From: Pecten maximus
Taxonomy: Eukaryota
Length of the DNA stretch: 64,000 nucleotides
Direction of reading: 5' to 3'
Assembly: GCF_902652985.1 (NCBI RefSeq)
Contig: NC_047021.1
Span: forward strand, 17,670,001 to 17,734,000
In this document: positions 52,685-64,000 of the stretch, in pieces
Layout: the number at the start of each line of letters is the position of its first letter
How positions within the stretch are numbered: the first letter of the stretch is position 1
The notes under the pieces: generated by a model
The model's database searches: none
Told to the model about the DNA's origin: nothing
What the model saw: the letters and a program-made list of their open reading frames with translations, nothing else
Position numbers and translations under genes: made by a program

Positions 52685-53560
52685 CACTTTTCCATTTAAA
52701 CAACTTCTTTTCAATAACCAGAGGCCCAGAGACTTCATATTGGGTCTGTAGCATGCTTGGGTGAAGGGCTACCAATTTTGTTCAAATGAATGACCTTGAC
52801 TTACATTCAAGGTCACAGGGGTGAAATAGGCTAAAATCTTTTAAGCAACTTCTTTTCAATAACCAAGAGGCTCAGGGACTTCATATTGGGTCTGTAGCAT
52901 GCTGGGGTGAAGGGCTACAAAAAATTGTTTAAATAAATGGCCTTGACATACATTCAAGGTCACAGGGGTCAAATAGGCTAAAATCTTTAAAGCAACTTCT
53001 TCTGAATAACCAAGAGGCCCAGGGACTTGATATTGGCTCTGGAGTATGCTGGGGTGATGAGCAACCAAGTTTATTCAAATTAATGACCTTGACTTACATT
53101 CAAGGTCATAGAGGTCAAATAGGCTAAACTATTTAAACAACTTTTTCTAAATAACCAATACACACATGTACTTGATATTGGGTCTGTAGCATGCTTGAGT
53201 GATGGGCTACCAATTTTGTTCAAATGAATGACCTTGACCTATATTGAAGGTCACAGGGGTTAAATTGGCTAAAATCATAAAACAACTTCTCAATAAACAA
53301 GAGACCAAGGGACTTGATATTGGGTCTGTAGCATGATAGGATGAAGGATAGGAAGTTTGTTCAAATGAATGACCTGGGACCATAATTTAAGTTCAGAAAG
53401 AGTTAAATTGGCCAAAATATTTAAAAGACACCTTTTCCAAAAACTGCGAGACCCTGAGATCTTATGTTTGGTCTCTGATACACCTGTTTTTAATTATGTT
53501 TATGTATAAAAAGGATCACTGGATAGCAGGTGAGTGATTCGGGCCCATTGGGCCCCTTTT
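52685..53560 (+). mobile_element. HINE-like element (5' truncated) with four to five ~165-170-bp repeats
   Basis: Repeated ...GGGTGAAGGGCTACCAA...TGACCTTGAC...CAAGGTCACAGGGG units; 3' end CAGGTGAGTGATTCGGGCCCATTGGGCCC. Confidence 0.85.
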
Positions 53561-54460
53561 TTTTTGTCAAAAGGCAGAAACCTTCAACAAAACATTTGAC
53601 CCTGAAGACACACCAGACTGTATGTAACCACCATCTGTAGTATAGTGTAACTTAAGAGGGTGAGTGCAACAACCAGCAATAGAAGCAGAGTCCAATTCTG
53701 CTCTTTATGTACATTATTTTTTAGACAAGCACAGACCATGCAGTCATCACCCATACAATCGATAAGTGACATGTTTTGAATGTGTAGCTAGATAGTGCCA
53801 CGTATTATATATTATTACTCTGGCTTAACAATTAATAATTTGTGTACGTTATTCATGAACATTTAATTTAGTAAATTTATTAAAAGTAGCAATTTTCATC
53901 TTCTCACCCTGATATCTCTACATCTGTCCCTTTTCCTCCCAACTATTGCTATCTTTCTATATAAATCAATGTACATTTTGTGTCGTTATCACACTTTCTG
54001 TAACATATATTTGTGGAGAGGGCTTTTCTAAGTTGAAATAACTTGTGCCCGATCCATTTGTTTATAACAATAAAATATTTTCAAATAAAAAAAAACAACA
54101 TACTGTACAATTTCAAATCCTTACCACTTAAGAATGTTCCAAGTCAAATTTGATGAGTAGGCTTTAATGAGAAAGTTGTTTGAAAAATTACAGAACAGTT
54201 AATGGATGCAAAAGTAGGATGTCAGATAACATCACAACTCCATGTTTCATTTGTTCCAGGTGGTCCTAAGATCATTTTACTATTCCTGGATTTGGGAAGA
54301 TGATTGACTGTTCAGTAGACTTGTGAATTTAACTCATTCTCATTGCTACTCCTTAATTTGCATTAGGACATCAACAAAATGTAGGGGTCTTATTGTAATT
54401 TTCAAAATGTTTCTTTTTCTCCCTTCAAAATATCAGTCTCTGCATGCCAGAAGTGTGTTT

Positions 54461-55134
54461 ACAACTAGAACTGTCGCCAGGATGGCTGACTAATACCCCC
54501 GCAATCTGCACGAGTCAATTGTGAATTGGAACTGTTAATTAGAGGCTAACTAAGATAACCCAGTAATATAGTGACCAGTTGCCATAACAACCATAATTTT
54601 GAGAAAAAGAAAGTGGCATGCACATCTACCCATGGTCCTCTATATTTGTGTGAAGTTTCATTGAAATCAGCCCTTCGGTTTAGGAGGAGTTGTCCGGACA
54701 AGCATAAAGTTATGGTTCTCATCGGAAAACTTTTTTATAGTGACCAGTTGCCATAGCAACCATAATTTTGAAAAAAAAAGAAAGTGGCATGCACATCTAC
54801 ACATGGTCCTCTATATTTGTGTGAAGTTTCATTGAAATTGGCCATTTAGTTTAGGAAGAGTTGTCCGGACAATCTTAAAGTTATGGTTCTTATCAGAAAA
54901 CCTGTTTATAGTGACCAGTTGCCATAACAACCATAATTTAAAAAAAAAAAAAAAAGTGGCATGCACATCTTCACATGATCATTAATATTTGTGTGAAGTT
55001 TCATCGGAATTGGCCCATCGGTTTAGGAGTTGTCCGGAAAAAATGCGTCTACAGACGGACGGACGGACGGACGGACGGACGGACGGACAACCTGATTCCA
55101 GTATACCCCCCTAACTTTGTTGCGGGGGTATAAT
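54461..55134 (-). mobile_element. HINE/DINE-like element with three ~170-bp repeats and (GGAC)n
   Basis: Sub-terminal IRs ATACCCCCGC / GCGGGGGTAT, terminal hairpin and GGAC microsatellite. Confidence 0.85.
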
Positions 55135-55559
55135 TAGCTGTTAAATCACTGATATGTAGGATGTGCATCCATTATTCTACTTCTATTATTAATTTTGTGT
55201 GTGAATGTATGCCATGTGTAGGGGTTTTTTTTTCAATGAAAAAATACAAAAAACACTTAAAGGTTCTTTATAAATATGCATTTATTTGAAGAAGTACATT
55301 ATATGTAAACAGTAAACAAAATTACTTTCAATCCACTCTCTCACTTGCAAATCTATAACTGGGACATGTTTGGAAGTATTTATATGCATTATGTATCACA
55401 GAAATATCTGTCCCTCATGCCATTTTACCCCTTCTATATCACATAGCTCATAACTATCATGTAAACTGTATTCTCAAAAAAGCCCACTACAGAATGACCT
55501 TTATTGGATCTCTAAAACTGTTCTTTTCTCTACATTTCTCTTCTTTCTTTTAATCATAT

Positions 55560-55950
55560 GAAAACAAGAGGAACCTACATAATAAATCTAGTGGAGATCA
55601 ACATGTATCAAGAACTCTCCAAGATACAAGAGGAATCTACCTCTGGGTAAATGAAATATCCACGAAAAACTCAAAATAAAACATGGGCCATCCTGCTTTC
55701 TGGTCAGTCTGAAAATATGTACGGAGGGGTAGGGACCAAGGGGAACCCACTGGTGAGATTTGATAAGATCCTTAAAGAACTTTCTGAGAAATAGCAATAA
55801 CAAACTTCAACTGTCAACATTAAAATGGTGATCTGTCAGCCAATGTACAACTAGGGACCAAGAGGAATCTACAGATGAAATTTCTCACAAACAGCAATAA
55901 CAAGAATTGTTATAGGACGGACAAATGCTGAATGAAGAGCCATTTGATAG
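55560..55950. mobile_element. Degenerate fragment of the HINE-like family seen at 42.6-43.4 kb
   Basis: Shared CAACTAGGGACCAAGAGGAA and AACTGTCAA motifs. Confidence 0.5.
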
Positions 55951-56742
55951 GCCCATCTCTTCTCTGTAGGTTAAAAAAGATGGGAGAGGCCTAGATGAGA
56001 CATGCCTTTCTCTTGAATGTTTTTCTCAATAAGAATAAATGCGAATGGCAATATACGAAGGAAGTGAATTTGTTTTGAAAATATAAATTTATGATTGTTT
56101 AATGAAGATCAATCCAATCCCATTCACATGTAGCATACCTGGTATTATAAAGTCTTTGTATGCCTTAGGTTTTCCTCTAGATTACCCTCAGTTTCAGTGC
56201 TTTTTATGTCATTTGAATCAAACATAGAATCTAGTAATACAAATGTACATTAACACTTCTTGAATTTTAACTAATATTCAAACTGTTGTTTTTGCTGATT
56301 GTATGGTATTTAGAAAAGATGAGAAATTATGAAAGTCTGTAACATGTAAAGTGAGTTCTATATATCTCTTGAAACCAAACTATTCTCCAGTGTCTTTGCA
56401 TGTCACAGATATCCAGAAGTCACAGAGTGCCAGGTATAGCAAATGATTGTCACACTTTATGAAATTCAATGACTCTTTAATTTCTATGTATATGAAAGCA
56501 GATTGATTTCATAGCATCCGTCAACCTGAAAGTAAACAGAAAATCAGATATGGAAATAATAAGATAAAGAAGTGACATGTTAAACATATACTTTTAACAT
56601 TTAAAATATTAAACATTTTTTATTTATATACATGTATACAAAAAAAATCTGAATGCTGTGATTTACTTTTTATTTTGGGTTGTGTGTGTTCAACTTGTGC
56701 AGGGGAGATAACTCATTAAAATATCATTTTAAGAAGGTTTTC

Positions 56743-57618
56743 TTTTTATATGCCCGACGAAAGACGGGACGTATTATGTTATCATGTTGGCTGGCGGGTG
56801 GGTGGGTGGGTACATATGGTGTCCGGACCATAACTCCAATACTACTTGACCCAGGCTCTCCATACTTGACACAAATATACATATTGATGAGCCGGAGTGT
56901 CGCATACCAAAATCATGCCCCTTACCCCCTTATTTGTGGAGTTATTCGCCTTTGATGATTTTACTTCGGGCACATATGGTGTCCGGACCATATCTCCAGT
57001 ACTACTCGACCAAGGCTCTCCATACTTGACACAAATTTACATCTTGATGAGCCGGAGTGTCGCATACCAAAATCATGCCCCTTACCCCCGTATTTGTGGA
57101 GTTATTCCCCTTTGATGATTTTACTTGTCCAGACCTTAACTCCAGTACTACTCGACCCAGGCTCTCCATACTTGACACAAATATCCATACTTGACACAAA
57201 TATACATCTTGATAAGCCGGAGTGTCGCATACCAAAATCATGCCCCTTACCCCCGTATTTGCGGAGTTATTCCCCTTTGATGATTTTGTAATTGCTCACT
57301 ATTCACTTAATAATGATATTAGGAGGCTGATTCTTTGCAAAGAGGTTCTTTTAATGTATATATTCTGTATATAAACATGTGAACTAATTTTTGTGTTGTG
57401 TCTAAACCAAGGTTTCCCATATTTGCAACATATATACATCTCATCATTTAAAGTTGCCCTTCGGTTTCGACTACACACCATTATGTGTATCAATATCTCC
57501 TTCCAACTTTCCAACAATGATACTTCATTTTAAAGCATTACAACCTGTGAAACTACCCCCTTCCAAGTGTCAAATATTGCGGCGGGCGTATGTTGTGGCC
57601 CTCCAACGGGCCCTTGTT
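56743..57618 (+). mobile_element. HINE/DINE-like element with internal repeats
   Basis: TTTTTATATGCCCG 5' end with hairpin and GGGT tract; about three internal repeats; 3' end CGGGCGTAT...GGCCCTCCAACGGGCCCTTGTT. Confidence 0.85.
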
Positions 57619-57721
57619 AAGATATAATTCTAGCAGGACAAGGATTTACATACAGGTCTTGGAATTTGATAAAGTTCTGCCTATTATTGTTATAAAAAAC
57701 CTTTACAAAAGCTTTTCTTAC

Positions 57722-57826
57722 ATCAAATCTGCCCAGAGCCTTTTCAGTCTGGTTTGAGGCGACGCCCTCAGACAGTGCCCACAGCTGTTGTAGACTGGCA
57801 GAGATGCCATCAACACTACCTAACCC
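57722..57826 (-). CDS. Putative internal coding exon (105 nt, phase 0-0) of an unidentified gene: GLGSVDGISASLQQLWALSEGVASNQTEKALGRFD
   Basis: gttatattttacag|GGG ... TTT GAT|gtaaga; GC-richer than its flanks; open frame; length divisible by 3. Confidence 0.55.
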
Positions 57827-59114
57827 CTGTAAAATATAACAGTATGATTAGTTTATTTCATTAAAACTGTTAAGAATGATTGGCATTTTAAGTTTATAAT
57901 AAACAATCAGTTATGAAATAAGTATGAAACTGTGTAATATATTTACTTGTACCACATCACAATCAAGAATTATGCATTGCTTGACAATTAAATATATATA
58001 TGCATTTAATGTTTTAAAAAACAAAATAATTTGTCTATGTAATAATTATTCTGCTTACAAAGATGCAACATTCTGCTAAATCTGCACTAAAATCACCAGA
58101 AATCATACATCAAACACTTGTTATAAATGTTATATACATATATATATATATACATATAATGAATAAACAAAAGCAACCCTTTCCTAATTCCAAGCATAAA
58201 AAAAATATTTTCATGGTAACTGTAACCTCGACCGTAGATTGAGGCACAGTGACTTGGCATGACTTTCCAACCCACTGCCTATATTCTGCTATGTATTATA
58301 CTATGATCATGGTTGGAAATATTATATATATATATATGGACAATGGGTTAAGATTTGTGCCAAGTTCCTGTGGATTGAAGAGTCAACATCAAGATAACTT
58401 GTCTCATACATCAAATATAGTCACAGTCATAGTTTTAAATTTTTAAATTTCAAAAGTCAAAACCTGGGGCTCGGATCATGTAAAACTTTGGAAAACAAAC
58501 TCGAGCTATGCTGATAAGGAGTTATAATACTTGTAAAATTTTGACTTTAGGACCTTGCTCGTTCAAACTTGAGGCAGACTTGTAGTTCAGATTGACTGAC
58601 ATTCAAGGTAAGGCATGAAGAAGAAATGAAAAATTCCTGACATTTCAAAGACAGTCTAAACACGAATCATTACATAATCATTAAGATTTTAATGACCTTC
58701 TCATCTACTTTATAAACTATAGCATCATTACAAGTGCTGAAATCTCCATTCTAACGATAGCAACCTGGTGTCTGCATCATTCTTCTGGGAAATATGAACT
58801 TCTGACAGAAACTTATATACAGGAACATAAACTTTACATTTTCTTTAAATAGAGATTTCAGTTAAATTGATTTTTAATAAAATATTAACAGGACTACAAA
58901 AACAAAAACAAAAAAAAAAAACAAAAAAAACAGGAGTGTAGATTGTATTTCATAATCCATTTTACTTGGAATGAAATAGGTTAAACTAAAAAAAATAGGA
59001 AAAGAAACTACAACAAAACAACAAATTCAAAATTCTACCATTGTATCAATGATCCTTATAAAAACAGATTTATAGAAATTATACAGGAAAACAAAGACAA
59101 AGCATAATAAACAT

Positions 59115-59692
59115 AAACAAGAGGCCCATGGGGCCTGTATCGCTCACCTGGTTGGATTTGACCAAATGTCAAAATAAATCAATAAATCACCATTTATGCA
59201 AAATCTGTTGTTCCCCTTCCCCCTTCTGACCAAATTGGGTTCAAATCCATTCATAACTTTATGACAAGTAGCGATTTAAAGGAATTACCTCTATTTCCCC
59301 TATAGGACCCCACCCCTTTGGCCCGTTGGGCGTCAAAGTCATCATAAATGCAAAACTGTTTCGCTTCCCCCAAGGATGTTTCTGAGTAAATTGGGTTTAA
59401 ATCTATTCATAACTTCATGACAAGTAGTGATTTAAAGGAATTACCTCTATTTTCCTTCTTGTGCCTGCCCCTCTGGCCTCTTGGGGGTCATGCAGAAATG
59501 TTATTTATGCAAAAACTGTTCCCTTTCCCCCAAGGATGCTTCTGACCAAATTTGGTTAAAATCCACTATGTATTTTATGACTTGTAGCGATTTAAAGCAA
59601 ATGTTGACGGACCGACGACAGACGGACGACGGACGCTGCGCCATAGCATAATATATAAGCTCACCGGACCTTAAGTCCAGGTGAGCTAAAAA
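59115..59692 (-). mobile_element. HINE-like element
   Basis: AAACAAGAGGCCCATGGGGCC...GCTCACCTGG at one end and GCTCACCGGACC...GTCCAGGTGAGCTAAAAA at the other; internal ~160-bp repeats; GACG tract. Confidence 0.85.
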
Positions 59693-59846
59693 GTAGAATC
59701 TGAAACAATCTAATGGCCATTCACCATTTAAACATTACCACTTTTACCAAATTATCAATAGACAAGAGAAAATGACTTCGCTACCATACCAGACTTTTAC
59801 CCAATGCAAGCTTTTATAAAACCTTGACCTTCACCCTAATATGTTA

Positions 59847-62448
59847 CCGGTGTAGTATGGTATTTTGACCCCCATGGTAAATTGACCCCGGGGTCAAAAT
59901 ACCATTATGGTAAAATGACCCCCCCCCATGGTAAAGTGACCCCCCCATACTAAAGTCACTAAAACATGATTTTCATATATCATTTTATATATTTTCATTA
60001 AAACAATATTGTATCATTATAAACAGTACAAGTTTGGAGGGGTAGGTTGACTATATAGTGAAATATAGGTGAATAGTTGATGGAGAACATTAATGAAGAA
60101 ATAAAGCTTTTTTATCATGAATTTTGGTAATTTTGGTAACTTATTTTCAAAAAACCTTTATCACAATCAATAATTCTATAAATTTTAACAACAACAACAA
60201 AATCGGTCTGGTCTGGGGTAACTAATTTTGATGAGTCATTTATGCCTGGAAGGGGGGGGGGGGGGGGGGGGGGGGGGGGGTGGGGGGGTCACTTTACCAT
60301 GGCCATGGTAAAGTGACCCCAAAATTCAATGAAATTTGGCAGAAAGTTTCTATGGATGAAGGTCAACCAAAATTGTGAATTATATGGTCCCCACCCCCCA
60401 GGGGCCTGAGGGGTGGGGCCAAAAAGGGTCAAATTGACTAAAACTTCAAAAATCTTCTTCTCTACGCTCAGATATGGTGGAGTCAAACACTCTGTTTAGA
60501 TGAAAGGGTCTTGTGGTGCTTTACCAAAATTGTGAATTGCATGACCCTGGGGTCTCACGTTTGCCCCTGGGGAGGGGGTAAACTTTACTCTAGTTTATAT
60601 AGGGAAATCATATTTTTGACTATTATTTGTTGGATTTGTATTGGAATTTATTCTAACTTGGTTCAAATTATCAGCATAGGATAACAGTTTGATGGTATGT
60701 ACATGTTGGCCCTGGTTGACCCCCAAGGGCTGGTGGGCGGGGCCAAAAAGGGTCAAATTGACTGAAATTTCAAAAATCTTCTTCTCTACTCTTATACTTG
60801 GTAGAATCAAAAAATCTCAATAGATGGAAGGGTCTTATGGTGCTTTACCAAGATTTTGAATTTAATGACACAGGGGTCTTGCATTTTGCCCCTGGGGAGG
60901 GGGTAAACTTTACTATAGTTGATATAGGGAAATCACATTTTTGGCTATTATTTGTTGGATTTGTATTGGAATTTTTCAAACCTGGTCAACATCATCAGCG
61001 TTAGATAACAGCTGATAGTACCCATATGTTGGCCCTGACTGACCCCCAGGGGCTGACAGGCTGGGCTAAAAAGTGTCAATTTGACTGAAATTTCAAAATC
61101 TTATTCTCAATACCTATATAAGATAGAATCAAAAATGTTTCATAGAAGGAATGGTTTTATGGTGTTTTACTTGAATTGTGAATTTCATGACCCTGGGGCT
61201 TCACATTTGCGCCTTGGGTGAGGGTAAACTTTGCGATAGTTTATATAGGGAATTCATATCTTTGACAATCATTTGTTTTGTCTATTTGAATTCATTTTAA
61301 CTTTCTTAAAATTATCAGCAAGGGATGACAGCTTAATATGCACATGTTGGCCCTGACTGACCCCAAGGACTGATGGGTGGGGCCAAAAAGGGTCAATTAA
61401 ATTAACTGAAATATTTCAAATCTCAGGTGACCGTTAAGGCCCGTTGGGCCTCTTGTTTTTTTTAATATTTTGTGAAAAAAAAGTCAATCACAAAAATGGC
61501 CATGGTGAAGTGACCCCCCCCCCCTTACATGTACATGATCACATCAAAAACTTATCTGAGATCAATTTTGGTTTGTTTTGTTATAATGTATAGGTTAAAG
61601 AATTGAGGTTGATCAAAGAAAATTTTTTTTTTTTTAAATGTCAAAATATCTTGTTTCGTTATGGTCATGTTAAAGTGACCCAAACCTGCCCCAGCTTTTG
61701 CAATGATCTACCAAAATCTAATATGGTAAATACTTCATTTTTTTTTAAGTAAACTTGTTATAAAAGTTTGGTGAAAAAGGTATATCAAAGTATTGTAAAA
61801 GTAGTGGAAGGGAATGAGCGGGGGAAGGGGGGGGGGGATCACTTTACCATGGCCATGGTAAAGTGACCCCCCCCTTCCTCCTTACATGTACATGATCACA
61901 TCAAAAACTTATCTGAGATCAATTTTGGTTTGTTTTGTTATAATGTATAGGTTAAAGAATTGAGGTTGATAAAAAAAATTTTTTTTTTTTTTTAAATGTC
62001 GCAATATCTTGTGTCGTTATGATCATGGTAAAGTGACCCAAACCTGCCCCAGCTTTTGCAATGATCTACCAAAATCTAATATTGTAAATACTTTATTTTT
62101 TGTGAAGTAAACTTGTTATAAAAGTTTGGTGAAAAAGGTATATCAAAGTATTGTAAAAGTAGTGGAAGGGAATAAGCGGGGGAGGGGGGGGGTCACTTTA
62201 CCATGGCCATGGTAAAGTGACCCCCCCCCTTTCCGGACTTGCATCAAAATCACTTATCTGATACAATATAGCTTTTATTAAAAAAAATATGTTGAATGAT
62301 ATATGAAAAACAAGTTAGGATTTTTTTTTTTTTTTTTTTTGGAAGGGGGGGGTCATTCTACCATGGGGGGGGGGGGGGTCATTTTACCATAATGGTATTT
62401 TGACCCCGGGGTCATTTCACCATGATTCAAAATACCATGCTACACCGG
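59847..62448. mobile_element. Non-autonomous TIR DNA transposon (~100-bp TIRs starting CCGGTGTAG, flanked by TA)
   Basis: TA|CCGGTGTAGTATGGTATTTTGA ... TCAAAATACCATGCTACACCGG|TA. Contains internal palindromes and a ~355-bp tandem duplication; no ORF. Confidence 0.9.
60321..61457 (+). mobile_element. 5'-truncated HINE nested in the TIR element
   Basis: Internal alternating repeats; 3' end CAGGTGACCGTTAAGGCCCGTTGGGCCTCTTGTT. Confidence 0.8.
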
Positions 62449-63678
62449 TAACTCTTCATCTCCTGTCCTAGCAAGGAGATGATTTAGTTTTGGTTTCTGT
62501 CGACCTTTCTTGCAATGCTGCAAGGTCAAATTTACTACTTTGATTAACACATGTTAAAAAACTCGCTGTTTGGAAAATATCTTCAACTGAAATTATTAGA
62601 CAATTTTAGTTTTTTTGTCTTTTTTCTTTTTTTACTCCTTAAATTAATTATAGTACAGAAACTTTCATGCGAACAATCATGTCATGAAACACCTACATCA
62701 TACCTGGTAAATATTTACATTTTATAATGTAGTAAGATAAAAGAACATTCCATAACAGAGATAAAAGTGTGTGATAATATGATTTACTAATAAATGAAAA
62801 TAAGAATTTTAAGTGACAAGGTTGAGTTAAGTGATAAGTAATAGTTTTTTATTATACTTGTGTATGATTAATAATAAACATTCTATGATCATGATTTAGA
62901 AGGTGCTGGTAAATTACATAAAGTGATATTTATAATTTAATTGTGAGGTCAACATGAAAAACTACTAAAATGAAAGCATGATTATATACATCTACAACAA
63001 ATACAAAATTGTCAATATGTACAGCAAGCCATTGGTATAACATTATAATCCACCTTATTGATGTACACTAATCTCAAAGTCTGTCCTGTGTTATAACAGC
63101 AGTTGATAGGGCATCAAAACCCAAACGTCTGGGTATGTAGACCACTATGTTTGATTGATAACTGGTGTATGTCTTCATTGGCTCGTGAATGTCATGGTTG
63201 TTGGAGGTGTGGCCACAGTACCCAGGGGTAGATAATTTCTATATGTGAGCTGAGAATTGGAGGGAACTAACCAAAAATAACCATATCACATCTACCGTTG
63301 TGCTGCCGGTCATTGATAGGTCTAAATGTTATCAGAAGGAACTGACCATACATGTGTTTTGATCAACAATATCACACACATAATGTATACTGGATGTATT
63401 AAAGCATATGGCATACACAGCAAAACTCACAGTAGAAGGGAGACAACCAGGATTTACATCACAACTACGGTATTTGGGTTTCAAAATCCACCTTAAATTT
63501 TCAGGAGATACTCTCTGGATAAATTCATTGTTTGTAAGATATAAAATCAAATGAAAATAAGCTACCCAGTATTGTGCAGTTGTGAGAAATTGCAAATCCA
63601 ATTCTTTTACTCCAGATTTGTGTCCTGGACTCAAATGACTTACCTGTTTAGATTTGAGGTTAATTACAAAATCGAGAC

Positions 63679-64000
63679 CAGGGCTCTACATTATCATTAT
63701 ACCTAACTTGTCCATTTAGAGATTAAAAAACCACTTGTCCACAGCTAAATGCACTTGTCCAAACTTTGAACCTCAAATGGAATTGATAAAAACACAAACA
63801 GTTGGTTATGAAAGTGAAATAATCACAACCAACATTGAATTTAATCATTCTCCATCACAAAAATAATCTTATGATTAAATTACCATTTTTGACATGATTG
63901 TCTTATTACTAAGGCTGTCATGGCATAATCCTTCACAAGTAAATAATCATATTAACACTAACAGACATTACATTGGGACCAAATTAAAACTTATTTTCAA
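63679..64000. mobile_element. Probable end of a hAT-like non-autonomous element
   Basis: CAGGGCTCTA start followed by three ACTTGTCC sub-terminal repeats; the other end is outside the window. Confidence 0.45.

Noticed and set aside
52550-53772. Possible small minus-strand exons near 52.6 kb and 53.6 kb continuing the orphan exon
   Set aside because: Weak donor or phase mismatch with the phase-0 exon, and no recognisable peptide.
62695-63680. Recursive (AG|GT) splice sites at ~62705 and ~63644 (minus strand), also ~26180 (plus strand)
   Set aside because: CAGGTA/TACCTG is frequent throughout the window and no host gene is defined; cannot be distinguished from background without RNA data.

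Overview
AT-rich, repeat-dense animal genomic DNA, most likely a bivalve mollusc (inferred from the SINE and Helentron-type repeat architecture; not provable from the window alone). Two protein-coding units are well supported, both on the minus strand. (1) An apparently intact, intron-containing PIF/Harbinger-ISL2EU-Spy (PHIS) group DDE transposase: three phase-0 coding exons at 3475-2105, 1692-1474 and 1246-713 give 707 aa with N-terminal Cys clusters, an HTH, the DDE triad and a C-terminal SWIM finger. Its element probably ends at 5366. (2) A DYRK2 kinase encoded by one uninterrupted ORF (48403-50022). Between them, about 13.6-40 kb is a field of at least 14 unrelated minisatellite arrays (17-66 bp units), which explain nearly all the long ORFs in the track. 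tRNA-headed SINEs, many non-autonomous Helentron-like (HINE) elements with ~170-190 bp internal repeats, a 2.6 kb TA-flanked TIR element and a hAT-like end are also present. The most unusual observations are: a terminal hairpin whose mismatches are mostly tandem GA/GA pairs, capped by a GCA triloop (an ssDNA-structure signature); tRNA-like Pol III A/B-box modules inside two unrelated DNA-type elements; a satellite built from a tRNA-like head; two back-to-back 16-aa uORFs abutting the DYRK2 start; and an orphan 105-nt exon upstream of DYRK2. No CRISPR array or rRNA was seen. Repeat boundaries are approximate; CDS and splice coordinates were read base by base.
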